Positions 27,515 to 36,367 of a stretch of DNA of 58,071 nucleotides are shown piece after piece. Where the stretch lies: NCBI GenBank assembly GCA_964485125.1, contig CAZAIF010000001.1, forward strand, positions 1-58,071, given 5' to 3'. This DNA comes from an uncultured Oscillospiraceae bacterium. Its GTDB lineage: Bacteria; Bacillota; Clostridia; Oscillospirales; Oscillospiraceae. The translations under genes were made by a program, and so were the position numbers. The notes below the pieces were generated by a model. That model was not told where the DNA came from, did not search any database, and saw nothing but the letters and a program-made list of their open reading frames with translations. Position 1 is the first letter of the stretch, and each line of letters opens with the position of its first letter.

Positions 27515-28364
27515 ACTGTGTGTTCCCTGGAATCAGCTCCCCCAGCAGCCCCTCGAAGGCGATGCCGTCGGTGGGGGGGATGCCCAGCGCGTCGGTGCGC
27601 TCCAGGGCGTGGGAGAGGAAGGTGGCCGCCTTCTGGACGCTGCCCGGGAAGGCGCCGCCGTTGACCGCGTCGGCGATCAGGATGGCGGCGAACACGTCCC
27701 CGGTGCCGCTGCGGCAGGCGCCCACCTTGGGCACCTTGAGCAGCCGGGCGGGCCGGCCCGCCTCATAAATGAAGTTGCCCAGCTGGTCCCCGAAGTCCAG
27801 CCCGGAGATGACCACCTTCTCCGGCCCCCGGGCCGAGAGGGCGCGGCACATCTCCAGCAGCTCCTCCTCGGGGAACATGGGCCGGTACTCGGTGCCGGTG
27901 AGGACGCAGGCCTCGGTCAGGTTGGGGGTCAGGATGCCGGCGTAGGCCACCAGCCGACCCATCTCGGCGGCCAGCTCCGGGGTGTAGGTGGGGTAGAGGG
28001 CCCCGTTGTCCCCCATCACCGGGTCCACCAGCACCACCGTCTCCGGCCGGTCGAAGCGCTCCAGGAAGCGGGAGACGATGTCGATCTGGTGCACCGAGCC
28101 CAGAAAGCCGGTGGCGATGCCCTGAAAGCGCAGGTCCAGCCCGGCCCACTGGGCGGCGTAGGGCTCCATGTGGTCGGTGAAATCGGTCCAGTAGAAACTG
28201 TCGAATCCGGTGTGGTTGGAGAAGATTGCGGTGGGCAGGGGGCAGCACTGCACCCCCATGGCGGAGATGATGGGCAGCGCCACCGCGATGGAGCAGCGGC
28301 CGAAGCCGCTGAAGTCGTTGATGACGGCGATCTTGTTCTGGCGGTTGTGATCCATGACGGGCAT
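27513..28364 (-). CDS. pdxK: pyridoxamine/pyridoxal kinase
   Basis: 'IAVINDFSGFGRCSIAVALPIISAMGVQCCPLPTAIFSNHTGF', 'VDPVMGDNG', 'TPN..E', 'GTGD.FAA'. Confidence 0.85.
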   Translation of the reverse strand: MPVMDHNRQNKIAVINDFSGFGRCSIAVALPIISAMGVQCCPLPTAIFSNHTGFDSFYWTDFTDHMEPYAAQWAGLDLRFQGIATGFLGSVHQIDIVSRFLERFDRPETVVLVDPVMGDNGALYPTYTPELAAEMGRLVAYAGILTPNLTEACVLTGTEYRPMFPEEELLEMCRALSARGPEKVVISGLDFGDQLGNFIYEAGRPARLLKVPKVGACRSGTGDVFAAILIADAVNGGAFPGSVQKAATFLSHALERTDALGIPPTDGIAFEGLLGELIPGNTQ

Positions 28365-28547
28365 CCCCTCCCGGAAAAATAAACTCTGAGCCTATACTAT
28401 ACGGCAAAATGGCGGGGGAGAAAAGGGCCAATTTGCGAAAAAACCGCCGGTCCAGCCGGGAAGCGGTGCCGCTCCGCCTTGCCTGCCGGCGGGTTTTCTG
28501 GTAAAGTATAAATGAAAACAGTGATGAAATGAGAGGAGGGGAGATCC

Positions 28548-30554
28548 GTGGCGAGACGGGAGCGGACGCCCCGGTTCCTGCCGGTCAGCCGGGAGGAGAT
28601 GCTGGCGCGGGACTGGTACTGGTACGACTTTCTGTTCATCACCGCCGACGCCTATGTGGACCATCCCTCCTTCGGGGCGGCGGTGATTTCCCGGGTGCTG
28701 GAGGACGCGGGCTTCCGGGTGTGCATGCTCCCCCAGCCCGACTGGCGCGGCGTGGAGGACTTCGTCCAATTCGGCAAGCCCCGGCTGGGGGTGTTCATTT
28801 CCGGGGGCAACCTGGACTCCATGGTGGCCCACTACACCGCCGCCAGGAAGCGCCGCAGCCAGGACCTCTATTCCCCCGGGGGCAGGACCGGCCTGCGGCC
28901 CGACCGGGCCACCATTGTCTACGCCAACCGGGTCCGGGAGGCCTTCGGCCCCATCCCCCTGATCATCGGCGGGCTGGAGGCATCCCTGCGCCGCTTCGCC
29001 CACTATGACTACTGGGAGGACAAGGTGCGCCGCAGCCTCCTCTTCGACGCCCAGGCCGACCTGATCTCCTACGGCATGGGGGAGCGCTCCACCCTGGAGA
29101 TCGCCCGGGCCCTGAAGCGGGGGGTTCCGGTAGGGGAGATCCGGAATGTGCGGGGGACGGCCTTCGCGGCGAAAGATCCGTCCGAATGCGCGTTCCCCTG
29201 GGTGGAAGTGGACTCCTTCGAGGCAGTCCAGTCGGACAAGACTGCCTATGCCCGCGCCAACCGGGTGGAGTACGACGAGCACGACCCCATCCGGGGCCGG
29301 GCCATCCTCCAGCGCCACGGGAACCGGGTGCTGGTGGTCACCCCGCCGGCTATGCCCCTGACCACCCCGGAGCTGGACCACGTGGCGGAGCTGCCCTATC
29401 TGCGCCAGCCCCACCCCATGTACGACGATGCGGGGGGCGTGCCCGCCATCGAGGAGGTCCGCTTCTCGGTCACCCACAACCGGGGCTGCGCCGGGGCCTG
29501 CTCCTTCTGCGCCATCGCCTTCCACCAGGGCCGGATGATCTCCTGCCGCAGTGAGGAGAGCGTGGTCCGGGAGGTGGAGGCGCTGACCAAGCTGCCGGAT
29601 TTCAAGGGCTATATCCACGACGTGGGAGGGCCCACCGCCAACTTCCGCCACCCCACCTGCCAAAAGCAGCTGAAGCGCGGCATGTGCAAAGGCAGAAACT
29701 GCCTGGCCCCGGAGCCCTGCCCCAACCTGGACGCCGGCCACTCCAGCTATCTGCACCTGCTGCGGCGGCTGCGGGGCATCCCCGGGGTGAAGAAGGTCTT
29801 TGTCCGCTCGGGCATCCGCTTTGACTACATGCTGCTGGACAAGAGCGACGCCTTCTTCCGGGAGCTGGTGGAGTACCACGTCAGCGGCCAGCTCAAGGTG
29901 GCCCCGGAGCACTGCATCAACTCGGTGCTGGACTACATGGGCAAGCCCCACATCGAGGTCTACGAGCGCTTCCAGCGCAAGTATCAGCAGCTCAACCGGC
30001 GGATGGGCAAGGAGCAGTTCCTGGTGCCCTATCTGATGTCCTCCCACCCGGGGTCCACCCTCCAGGACGCGGTGGCCCTGGCGGAGTATCTGAACAGACT
30101 GGGCCGCCAGCCCGAGCAGGTCCAGGACTTCTACCCGGTGCCCGGCACCCTGTCCACCTGCATGTACTACACCGGCATCGACCCCCGCACTATGGAGCCG
30201 GTCTATGTGGCCCGCTCCCCCCACGAGAAGGCCCTCCAGCGCTCGCTGCTCCAGTGGAAGCGCCCGGAGATGCACGCCCTGGTGCTGGAGGCCCTGCGGA
30301 AGGCGGGGCGCACCGATCTGATCGGCTATACCCCCGGCTGCCTGATCCGGCCCAAGCCCGGCCCCGCCCCCTGGGAGCGGGAGCGGGAGGAGAAGCGCCG
30401 CGCCCAGGCCGCCGGAGGGCGGGGCGGGAAGACATCCGGCCCCAGGGGGGACCGGCGTCCCGCCCGGAGCCGGGAGGGCGGGAAAAACGGCCGCCCCGGC
30501 AGAGGAGAGAAGCCATCCACCCGCCCGCCCCGGAAGGGCGGGCACCACAGATGA
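28548..30554 (+). CDS. YgiQ-family radical SAM protein (UPF0313)
   Basis: 'DFLFITADAYVDHPSFG', radical-SAM cluster 'RGCAGACSFCAI', 668 aa with an Arg/Gly/Pro-rich basic tail. Confidence 0.9.
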   Translation: MARRERTPRFLPVSREEMLARDWYWYDFLFITADAYVDHPSFGAAVISRVLEDAGFRVCMLPQPDWRGVEDFVQFGKPRLGVFISGGNLDSMVAHYTAARKRRSQDLYSPGGRTGLRPDRATIVYANRVREAFGPIPLIIGGLEASLRRFAHYDYWEDKVRRSLLFDAQADLISYGMGERSTLEIARALKRGVPVGEIRNVRGTAFAAKDPSECAFPWVEVDSFEAVQSDKTAYARANRVEYDEHDPIRGRAILQRHGNRVLVVTPPAMPLTTPELDHVAELPYLRQPHPMYDDAGGVPAIEEVRFSVTHNRGCAGACSFCAIAFHQGRMISCRSEESVVREVEALTKLPDFKGYIHDVGGPTANFRHPTCQKQLKRGMCKGRNCLAPEPCPNLDAGHSSYLHLLRRLRGIPGVKKVFVRSGIRFDYMLLDKSDAFFRELVEYHVSGQLKVAPEHCINSVLDYMGKPHIEVYERFQRKYQQLNRRMGKEQFLVPYLMSSHPGSTLQDAVALAEYLNRLGRQPEQVQDFYPVPGTLSTCMYYTGIDPRTMEPVYVARSPHEKALQRSLLQWKRPEMHALVLEALRKAGRTDLIGYTPGCLIRPKPGPAPWEREREEKRRAQAAGGRGGKTSGPRGDRRPARSREGGKNGRPGRGEKPSTRPPRKGGHHR

Positions 30555-30566
30555 GGAGGGAACGCG

Positions 30567-30665
30567 ATGAGACACCTGATACGACTGCTGCCCCTGATCC
30601 TGATTTTGGCCTATGCGGCCAAATTCGCCTACCACTGGATGGAGGCCACCCGGGAGGAGAAGTGA
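30567..30665 (+). CDS. small hydrophobic ORF (32 aa, MRHLIRLLPLILILAYAAKFAYHWMEATREEK), possibly the N-terminal half of a frameshifted gene
   Basis: GAGGAGGGAA RBS 7 nt upstream; G/C-rich third positions; one TM helix; not in the ORF track (<60 aa). Confidence 0.35.
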   Translation: MRHLIRLLPLILILAYAAKFAYHWMEATREEK

Positions 30666-30919
30666 GTCCCGGGGGGCCGGAGACAAAATCAAAGGAGGTC
30701 TTTCCCAGGAGCCCCACCTCTCCCAGCGCAAAGCCCTCTACACCGCCGAGGGCCGGGCCTTCTGCACCGGCAACCTGCACGTGCCCGACGACCTGGAGGT
30801 CATACCGCTGGTGTGAGGGCGGAGGGGGCAAACCCGCCGCGCCCATCCCCGCAGCCCTTGGAATCAGACAGACTGCGGAGATGAGGGCGCATAAAAAAGT
30901 AAATTTTTTTAAATTTTCC

Positions 30920-30949
30920 TTGGACTTTATTTCCCAAAGATGGTATAAT
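30920..30949 (+). promoter_or_regulatory. strong promoter-like element (TTGGAC-18-TGgTATAAT)
   Basis: Read directly; lies about 245 nt upstream of the CarD-like start. Confidence 0.5.
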
Positions 30950-31193
30950 TAAATATATTGAAAGACCTGTCAACCGCCTGTGGCCGCCCCCTGTCCGCAG
31001 GTGATTTTATGCCCCATGTGTTAACATAAAACATATTTGGCGGGACGGCATATCCTTTCATCGTCGGTAAAAATTAAAATAAACTCCGGTCTATCGTATT
31101 GTGCCGGGCAAAACAGGAAAAAATAGAGTTGGTTTTATATGAAATGGATTACATAATGTGGACACGCGCTGAACAGAAAGGAGAGCGGTCAGA

Positions 31194-31727
31194 ATGTTCC
31201 AGATCGGGGAGTCCGTCGTCTACGGCACCACGGGGGTGTGCAAGATCTCTGCCCTGGGTCCCCTCAGCATGCACGGCGTGGACCGGAAGCGCCGGTATTA
31301 CACCCTGCAGCCCCTGTACCAGGAGGGGGCCGTCTATGTCCCGGCGGACGGGGAGAAGTGTGCCCGGATGCGCTATCCGCTCTCCAGTCAGGAGGCGGAG
31401 CGGCTGTTGGAGCGCATCCCGGAGATTGCCCCCTGTGAGATCCAGAACTTCAACTACAAGCAGCGCACCGACGCCTTCAGCGCCGCCCTGCACCGCAACA
31501 GCTGCGACAGTCTGGTGGGCATCATCAAGGCGGTGGAGCAGAAGAAGCGGAACTTCCGGGAGAAGCAGCAGTACAACGTGGACAATAATTTCTGGAAGCA
31601 GGCCATGCGGCTGCTCTGCGGTGAGCTGTCCTATGCCCTGGGCCTCCCGCTGGAGGAGACCCGCAGCCGGGTGGAGGCGGCCATCCGCACCCAGGCCCCG
31701 GTCCAAGGGGAGGACGCGGCCGTCTGA
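31194..31727 (+). CDS. CarD/CdnL-family transcriptional regulator
   Basis: 'MFQIGESVVYGTTGVCKI' Tudor-like N-terminus, 'YYTLQPLY...VYVP', helical C-terminal domain. Confidence 0.82.
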   Translation: MFQIGESVVYGTTGVCKISALGPLSMHGVDRKRRYYTLQPLYQEGAVYVPADGEKCARMRYPLSSQEAERLLERIPEIAPCEIQNFNYKQRTDAFSAALHRNSCDSLVGIIKAVEQKKRNFREKQQYNVDNNFWKQAMRLLCGELSYALGLPLEETRSRVEAAIRTQAPVQGEDAAV

Positions 31728-31965
31728 GCGGCGGGACGCCCGGCGGCAGCTGGGCTGTACAGAAAAATGACGGACAAAAATGGACGGCCTGGCCGCCCAT
31801 TTTTTGCGTTTTCCAGCCGGCATATGTAAAATTTAAATGCCGTCTTTTCAAGCCGGTGGGGATGTATTATAATATTGTCGTATCTCCGCCGCCTCTCGCG
31901 GCGCAAAAAAACGCGAAATGTGGAAAAACAGGCACAAATAGCGTGATATGATCGATTTGATATAG

Positions 31966-31998
31966 ATTTAACATATGCTTGGTTTTGTATTTTACATG
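31966..31998 (+). promoter_or_regulatory. Pho box upstream of the PhoP-like regulator
   Basis: ATTTAACAtatgcttGGTTTtgtATTTTACA; shares ATATAGATTTAACA with the Na/Pi cotransporter site. Confidence 0.55.
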
Positions 31999-32046
31999 TT
32001 GCGGCTATTGTAAGGGTAAAACGAAAATTACAAGGAGCTGAATGAC

Positions 32047-32733
32047 ATGATCTATCTGTTGGAGGATGACGACAGCATTCGCAAGCTGGTCATCTACGGT
32101 CTGGAGAGCCAGGGCTACGAGGCCCAGGGCTTTGAAGCTCCTTCTGCATTCTGGAAGGCCATGAACAACCACCTGCCCGAGCTGATCCTGCTGGACATCA
32201 TGCTGCCGGAGGAGGACGGCCTGTCTATCCTGCAGAAGCTGCGCAGCGCCAGCGCCACCAAAAAGCTGCCTATCATCATGCTGACGGCCAAGAATACCGA
32301 ATACGACCGGGTGATCGGCCTGGACAAGGGGGCGGACGATTTTATCTCCAAGCCCTTCGGCATGATGGAGCTGGTGGCCCGGGTGCGGGCGGTGCTGCGC
32401 CGGACGGAGCCGGCCGCCGCCAGCACCGAGTACCAGATCGGCCCCCTGTACGTCTCCCCGGAGCGGCACATCGTCCGGGTCAACGGCAAGGACGTCACCC
32501 TCACCTACAAGGAGTTTGAGATCCTGTGCCTGATGCTGGAGAACGAGGGGGTGGTGCTCACCCGCAGTGTGCTGATGGACCGGATCTGGGGCTGTGAGTT
32601 CGAGCGGGAGAACCGCACCCTGGACGTGCACATCCGCACCCTCCGGGCCAAGCTGGGGGAGGCGGGCAGCTGCATCGAGACCGTCCGGGGCGTGGGCTAT
32701 AAGATCGAGGGCAGCGCGGAAGCGATGAAATGA
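32047..32733 (+). CDS. OmpR-family response regulator (PhoP/PhoB-like)
   Basis: Receiver 'LLEDD...LLDIMLP..DG', winged-helix 'LT.KEFEIL..L......VLTR..L...IWG...........VHIR.LR.K'. Confidence 0.9.
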   Translation: MIYLLEDDDSIRKLVIYGLESQGYEAQGFEAPSAFWKAMNNHLPELILLDIMLPEEDGLSILQKLRSASATKKLPIIMLTAKNTEYDRVIGLDKGADDFISKPFGMMELVARVRAVLRRTEPAAASTEYQIGPLYVSPERHIVRVNGKDVTLTYKEFEILCLMLENEGVVLTRSVLMDRIWGCEFERENRTLDVHIRTLRAKLGEAGSCIETVRGVGYKIEGSAEAMK

Positions 32734-32740
32734 AGGAATT

Positions 32741-34390
32741 ATGAGAAAAAAGATCTTTCAAAATTATCTGTTGGTCAGCGTTCTGGTCATGGTGCTCTGC
32801 TGCGGCCTGTTCCTTGGCGTGCTGTTCCGGCACTACGAGGAGCAGGCCTTCGAGCAGCTTACGTCGGAGGCGGGCTATATCGCCCACGGCATGGAGCTGT
32901 CCGGCGCCGACTATCTGGACACCCTGGAGAGCGGCACCGCCCGGGTGACCTGGGTGGACGGCAGCGGCAACGTGCTCTATGACAGCCAGGCCGACCCGGC
33001 GGAGATGGAGAACCACCTGGACCGTGCGGAGATCGCCGGCGCCCTGGCCGACGGCGCGGGCCGGGACGTGCGCTTTTCCGAGACCATGCTCCAGCGCAAC
33101 CTCTATTACGCGGTGCGGCTGGGGGACGGTACCGTGCTCCGGGTCTCCTGCGCCCAGGGGACGGCCATCTCCATGATGCTGATGATTTTCTGGCCCATTC
33201 TGGCCATCGCCCTGGCGGTGCTGCTGGTGTGCGTGCTGCTGGCCTTCCGGCTGGCCCGGCACATCGTGGACCCCATCAACCAGATCGACCTGGACCACCC
33301 GCTGGTGGATGAGACCTACGCCGAGCTGGCCCCCCTGGTCTCCCGGATCCAGGAGCAGAACCGGACCATCCGGCACCAGATGGACGAGCTGGGCCAGCGC
33401 CAGCGGGAGTTCGCCGCCCTGACCGACAACATGAGCGAGGGCTTCCTGCTGGTGGATTACCGCACCAACATTTTGGCCTGCAACCACAGCGCCTTCCGGC
33501 TGCTGACCCAGGGGAAGGGGGGGCAGGTGACCAACCTGCGCCGGGACGGCTGCATGCCCCAGATCCTCACCACGGTGGAGGCCGCCCTGGCCGGGGTGCG
33601 CACCGACACGGTGCAGGAGGTGGAGGGCGTCTCCTGGCAGATCATCGCCAACCCAGTGGTCTCCAGCGGCCAGGTGGCCGGCGTGGCGGTGCTGGTCATG
33701 GACGTCACCGAGCGGGAGCAGCGGGAGCGGCTGCGCCAGGAGTTTTCCGCCAACGTCTCCCACGAGCTGAAGACCCCCCTCACCTCCATCTCCGGCTTTG
33801 CCGAGCTGATGAAGGAGGGGATGGTGCCGGAGGACAAGGTAAAGGAGTTCGCCGGGGACATCTACCGGGAGTCCCAGCGGCTCATCGCCCTGGTGGACGA
33901 CATCATCCGGCTGAGCAAGCTGGACGAGAACACCAAGCCCTTTGAGCCGGAGAGCGTGGACCTCTACGAGCTCTCCGACGAGATCCTGGCCAACCTGAAG
34001 CCGGTGGCCGACCGGCAGCAGGTGTCGCTCCACCTGTCCGGCGCCCACATCCGCATCTCCGGGGTGTGGCAGATCCTGAACGAGATGGTCTACAACCTGT
34101 GTGACAACGCCATCAAGTACAACCGGCCCGGCGGCCGGGTGGATGTCACCGTGGCCCGGCAGGGGGATCGGGTCCGGCTCACCGTCAGCGACACCGGCAT
34201 CGGCATCCCCTACCCGGACCAGTCCCGGGTCTTTGAGCGCTTCTACCGGGTGGACAAGAGCCACAGCAAGGAGGTGGGGGGCACCGGCCTGGGCCTGTCC
34301 ATCGTCAAGCACGGCGCCCAGTACCATAACGCCCAGCTGGAGCTGAAGAGCGAGCCGGGCAAGGGCAGCGCCATCTCGATCATATTCTAA
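32741..34390 (+). CDS. sensor histidine kinase (PhoR-like)
   Basis: Two TM segments, H-box 'FSANVSHELKTPLTSI', N-box 'NLCDNAIKYN', G-boxes 'DTGIGI', 'GGTGLGLSIVK'. Confidence 0.9.
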   Translation: MRKKIFQNYLLVSVLVMVLCCGLFLGVLFRHYEEQAFEQLTSEAGYIAHGMELSGADYLDTLESGTARVTWVDGSGNVLYDSQADPAEMENHLDRAEIAGALADGAGRDVRFSETMLQRNLYYAVRLGDGTVLRVSCAQGTAISMMLMIFWPILAIALAVLLVCVLLAFRLARHIVDPINQIDLDHPLVDETYAELAPLVSRIQEQNRTIRHQMDELGQRQREFAALTDNMSEGFLLVDYRTNILACNHSAFRLLTQGKGGQVTNLRRDGCMPQILTTVEAALAGVRTDTVQEVEGVSWQIIANPVVSSGQVAGVAVLVMDVTEREQRERLRQEFSANVSHELKTPLTSISGFAELMKEGMVPEDKVKEFAGDIYRESQRLIALVDDIIRLSKLDENTKPFEPESVDLYELSDEILANLKPVADRQQVSLHLSGAHIRISGVWQILNEMVYNLCDNAIKYNRPGGRVDVTVARQGDRVRLTVSDTGIGIPYPDQSRVFERFYRVDKSHSKEVGGTGLGLSIVKHGAQYHNAQLELKSEPGKGSAISIIF

Positions 34391-34431
34391 ATTACTAATT
34401 ACAATGTAGTTCCGGGAAAGAGGTCGGTTCT

Positions 34432-35091
34432 ATGGTGACCTACGACTCCATCCGCCGCAACGAGGCGGTCAATACCTATATCCGCAAGGCGGACGAGGCC
34501 CTGGTCTGCCTGGGCTTCACCGAGCACTCCTTCGCCCACGTGGGCATGGTGGCCTCCACCTGCCGCTATATCCTGGAGACGCTGGATTTCCCCGCCCGGA
34601 CCATCGAGCTGGCCCAGATCGCCGCCTATCTCCACGACATCGGCAACCTGGTCAACCGGGTGGACCACTCCCAGAGCGGGGCGGTGATGGCCTTCCGCAT
34701 CCTGGACAAGCTGGGCATGGACCCGGAGGAGATCGCCGAGATCGTGGCCGCCATCGGCAACCACGACGAGGGCACCGGCACCCCGGTGTCCCCCATGGCC
34801 GCCGCCCTGATCCTGGCGGACAAGTCGGACGTGCGCCGCAGCCGGGTGCGCAACACCGACGAGTCCACCTTCGACATCCACGACCGGGTGAACTACTCGG
34901 TCCAGGAGTCCAACCTGACCATCGACCCTGCCCGCACCCAGATCCAGCTCCAGCTGCGCATCAACACCCGCTACGGCTCGGTGATGGACTACTTCGAGAT
35001 CTTCCTGAACCGGATGATCCTGTGCCGCAAGGCGGCGGAAAAGCTGGGCCTGCGCTTTAAACTGGCCATCAACGACCAGCAGGTGCTCTGA
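34432..35091 (+). CDS. HD-domain phosphohydrolase
   Basis: 'HSFAHV', 'AAYLHDIGN', 'GNHDE', 'ADKSD'. Confidence 0.8.
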   Translation: MVTYDSIRRNEAVNTYIRKADEALVCLGFTEHSFAHVGMVASTCRYILETLDFPARTIELAQIAAYLHDIGNLVNRVDHSQSGAVMAFRILDKLGMDPEEIAEIVAAIGNHDEGTGTPVSPMAAALILADKSDVRRSRVRNTDESTFDIHDRVNYSVQESNLTIDPARTQIQLQLRINTRYGSVMDYFEIFLNRMILCRKAAEKLGLRFKLAINDQQVL

Positions 35092-35292
35092 GGAAAAACA
35101 GCCTTTTCAGGGCAGTGGTGTTTGCTTGGGAAAAGTGAACAGCGCCTCCCGGATTTAACGGTCCTCTCTTTGTAAGCTTTGACGATTTGCCGTGTCCAAA
35201 GTGCTGAAAAGTGCTTTGGACACGGCTTTTTGTGTCTCTTTTTGCAAAGCCATTTAACAAAAGAACAGACAATGTAAAAAAGTTTTATTTTT

Positions 35293-35323
35293 ATTTAACA
35301 CACCTTTGGTTTCAGATTTAAAC
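35293..35323 (+). promoter_or_regulatory. Pho box upstream of pstS
   Basis: ATTTAACAcaccTTTGGTTTCAGATTTAAAC; TTTAA repeats 23 nt apart; a TAAATA -10-like hexamer follows at about 35334. Confidence 0.6.
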
Positions 35324-35391
35324 CGCCCGCAGTTAAATATGCATCGTACTCGGTACGACAATCTAAAATCTGAAACGAGGTAAAAGAAAAC

Positions 35392-36288
35392 ATGAAAAAG
35401 GTATTCAGCCTGATGCTGGCCCTGGTCATGGTCTTCGCCCTGGCCGCCTGCGGCAGCAGCAACAACGGCAGCGCTGCCAGCGACGGCAGCAGCACCAACA
35501 CCGACGCCAGCAATTCCGCTGACACCAGCGGCAACACCGGCTCCGAGCTGTCCGGCACCGTCTCCGCCAACGGCTCTACCTCCATGGAGAGCGTGATCGG
35601 CATCCTGTCCGAGCAGTTTATGGCCGACAACCCCAACGTGACTGTCACCTATGACCCCACCGGCTCCGGCACCGGCATTGAGTCCGTCTCCAACGGCAGC
35701 TGCGACATCGGCCTGGCCTCCCGCGCTCTGGAGGACAGCGAGGTGGAGAACGGCCTGGCGGCCACCACGGTGGCCCTGGACGGCATCGCCATCATCGTCA
35801 ACGCCGACAACCCCGTGGCCGACCTGACCGTGGAGCAGATCGCCTCCATCTTCACCGGCGAGATCACCAACTGGAGCGAGGTCGGCGGCGAGGATCTGGA
35901 GATCGCCTGCATCGGCCGTGAGTCCGGCTCCGGCACCCGGGACGGCTTCGAGTCCGTCACCGGCACCGAGGACGCCTGCGTCCTGTCCCAGGAGCTGACC
36001 TCCACCGGCGCCGTCATCTCCGCCGTGGCCAGCAGCCCCAACGCCATCGGCTATGCCTCCCTGTCCGCAGTTGAGGGCCAGGACGGCATCATCGCCCTGA
36101 CCGTGGGCGGCGTGGAGTGCTCCGAGGAGACCGTCCTGGACGGCACCTATGAGATCCAGCGTCCCTTCAACCTGGTCACCAAGGAAGGCGCCGAGTTGAG
36201 CGAGGCTGCCCAGGCCTTCTTCGACTTCGCCACCTCCGCCGATGCCGCTGACCTGATCCGCAGCGCCGGCGCGGTTCCCGTGGCCTGA
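35392..36288 (+). CDS. pstS: phosphate ABC transporter substrate-binding lipoprotein
   Basis: Lipobox LAACGS; 'GSTS', 'TGSGTGI', 'RESGSGTR', 'IGYASL'. Confidence 0.92.
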   Translation: MKKVFSLMLALVMVFALAACGSSNNGSAASDGSSTNTDASNSADTSGNTGSELSGTVSANGSTSMESVIGILSEQFMADNPNVTVTYDPTGSGTGIESVSNGSCDIGLASRALEDSEVENGLAATTVALDGIAIIVNADNPVADLTVEQIASIFTGEITNWSEVGGEDLEIACIGRESGSGTRDGFESVTGTEDACVLSQELTSTGAVISAVASSPNAIGYASLSAVEGQDGIIALTVGGVECSEETVLDGTYEIQRPFNLVTKEGAELSEAAQAFFDFATSADAADLIRSAGAVPVA

Positions 36289-36367
36289 TTCAGACAAAAC
36301 CCAAACCGAGTCCGGGGAGGCCTCTGCCCAGTGCAGGGGCCTCCCGCAAAACGGAGGAGCGATTGAA

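Noticed and set aside
28392-30731. 779-aa ORF on the minus strand
   Set aside because: It is a shadow ORF antisense to ygiQ. It is low-complexity Gly/Pro/Ala/His-rich, and the ygiQ frame carries the radical-SAM motifs.
32558-34327. 589-aa minus-strand ORF, and similarly 40252-41787 (511 aa), 35254-36456 (400 aa), 53142-54314 (390 aa) and 51182-52369 (395 aa)
   Set aside because: All are antisense or out-of-frame shadows of genes with explicit motifs (PhoR-like kinase, Na/Pi transporter, pstS, TIR protein, birA). None has an RBS or a recognisable domain.
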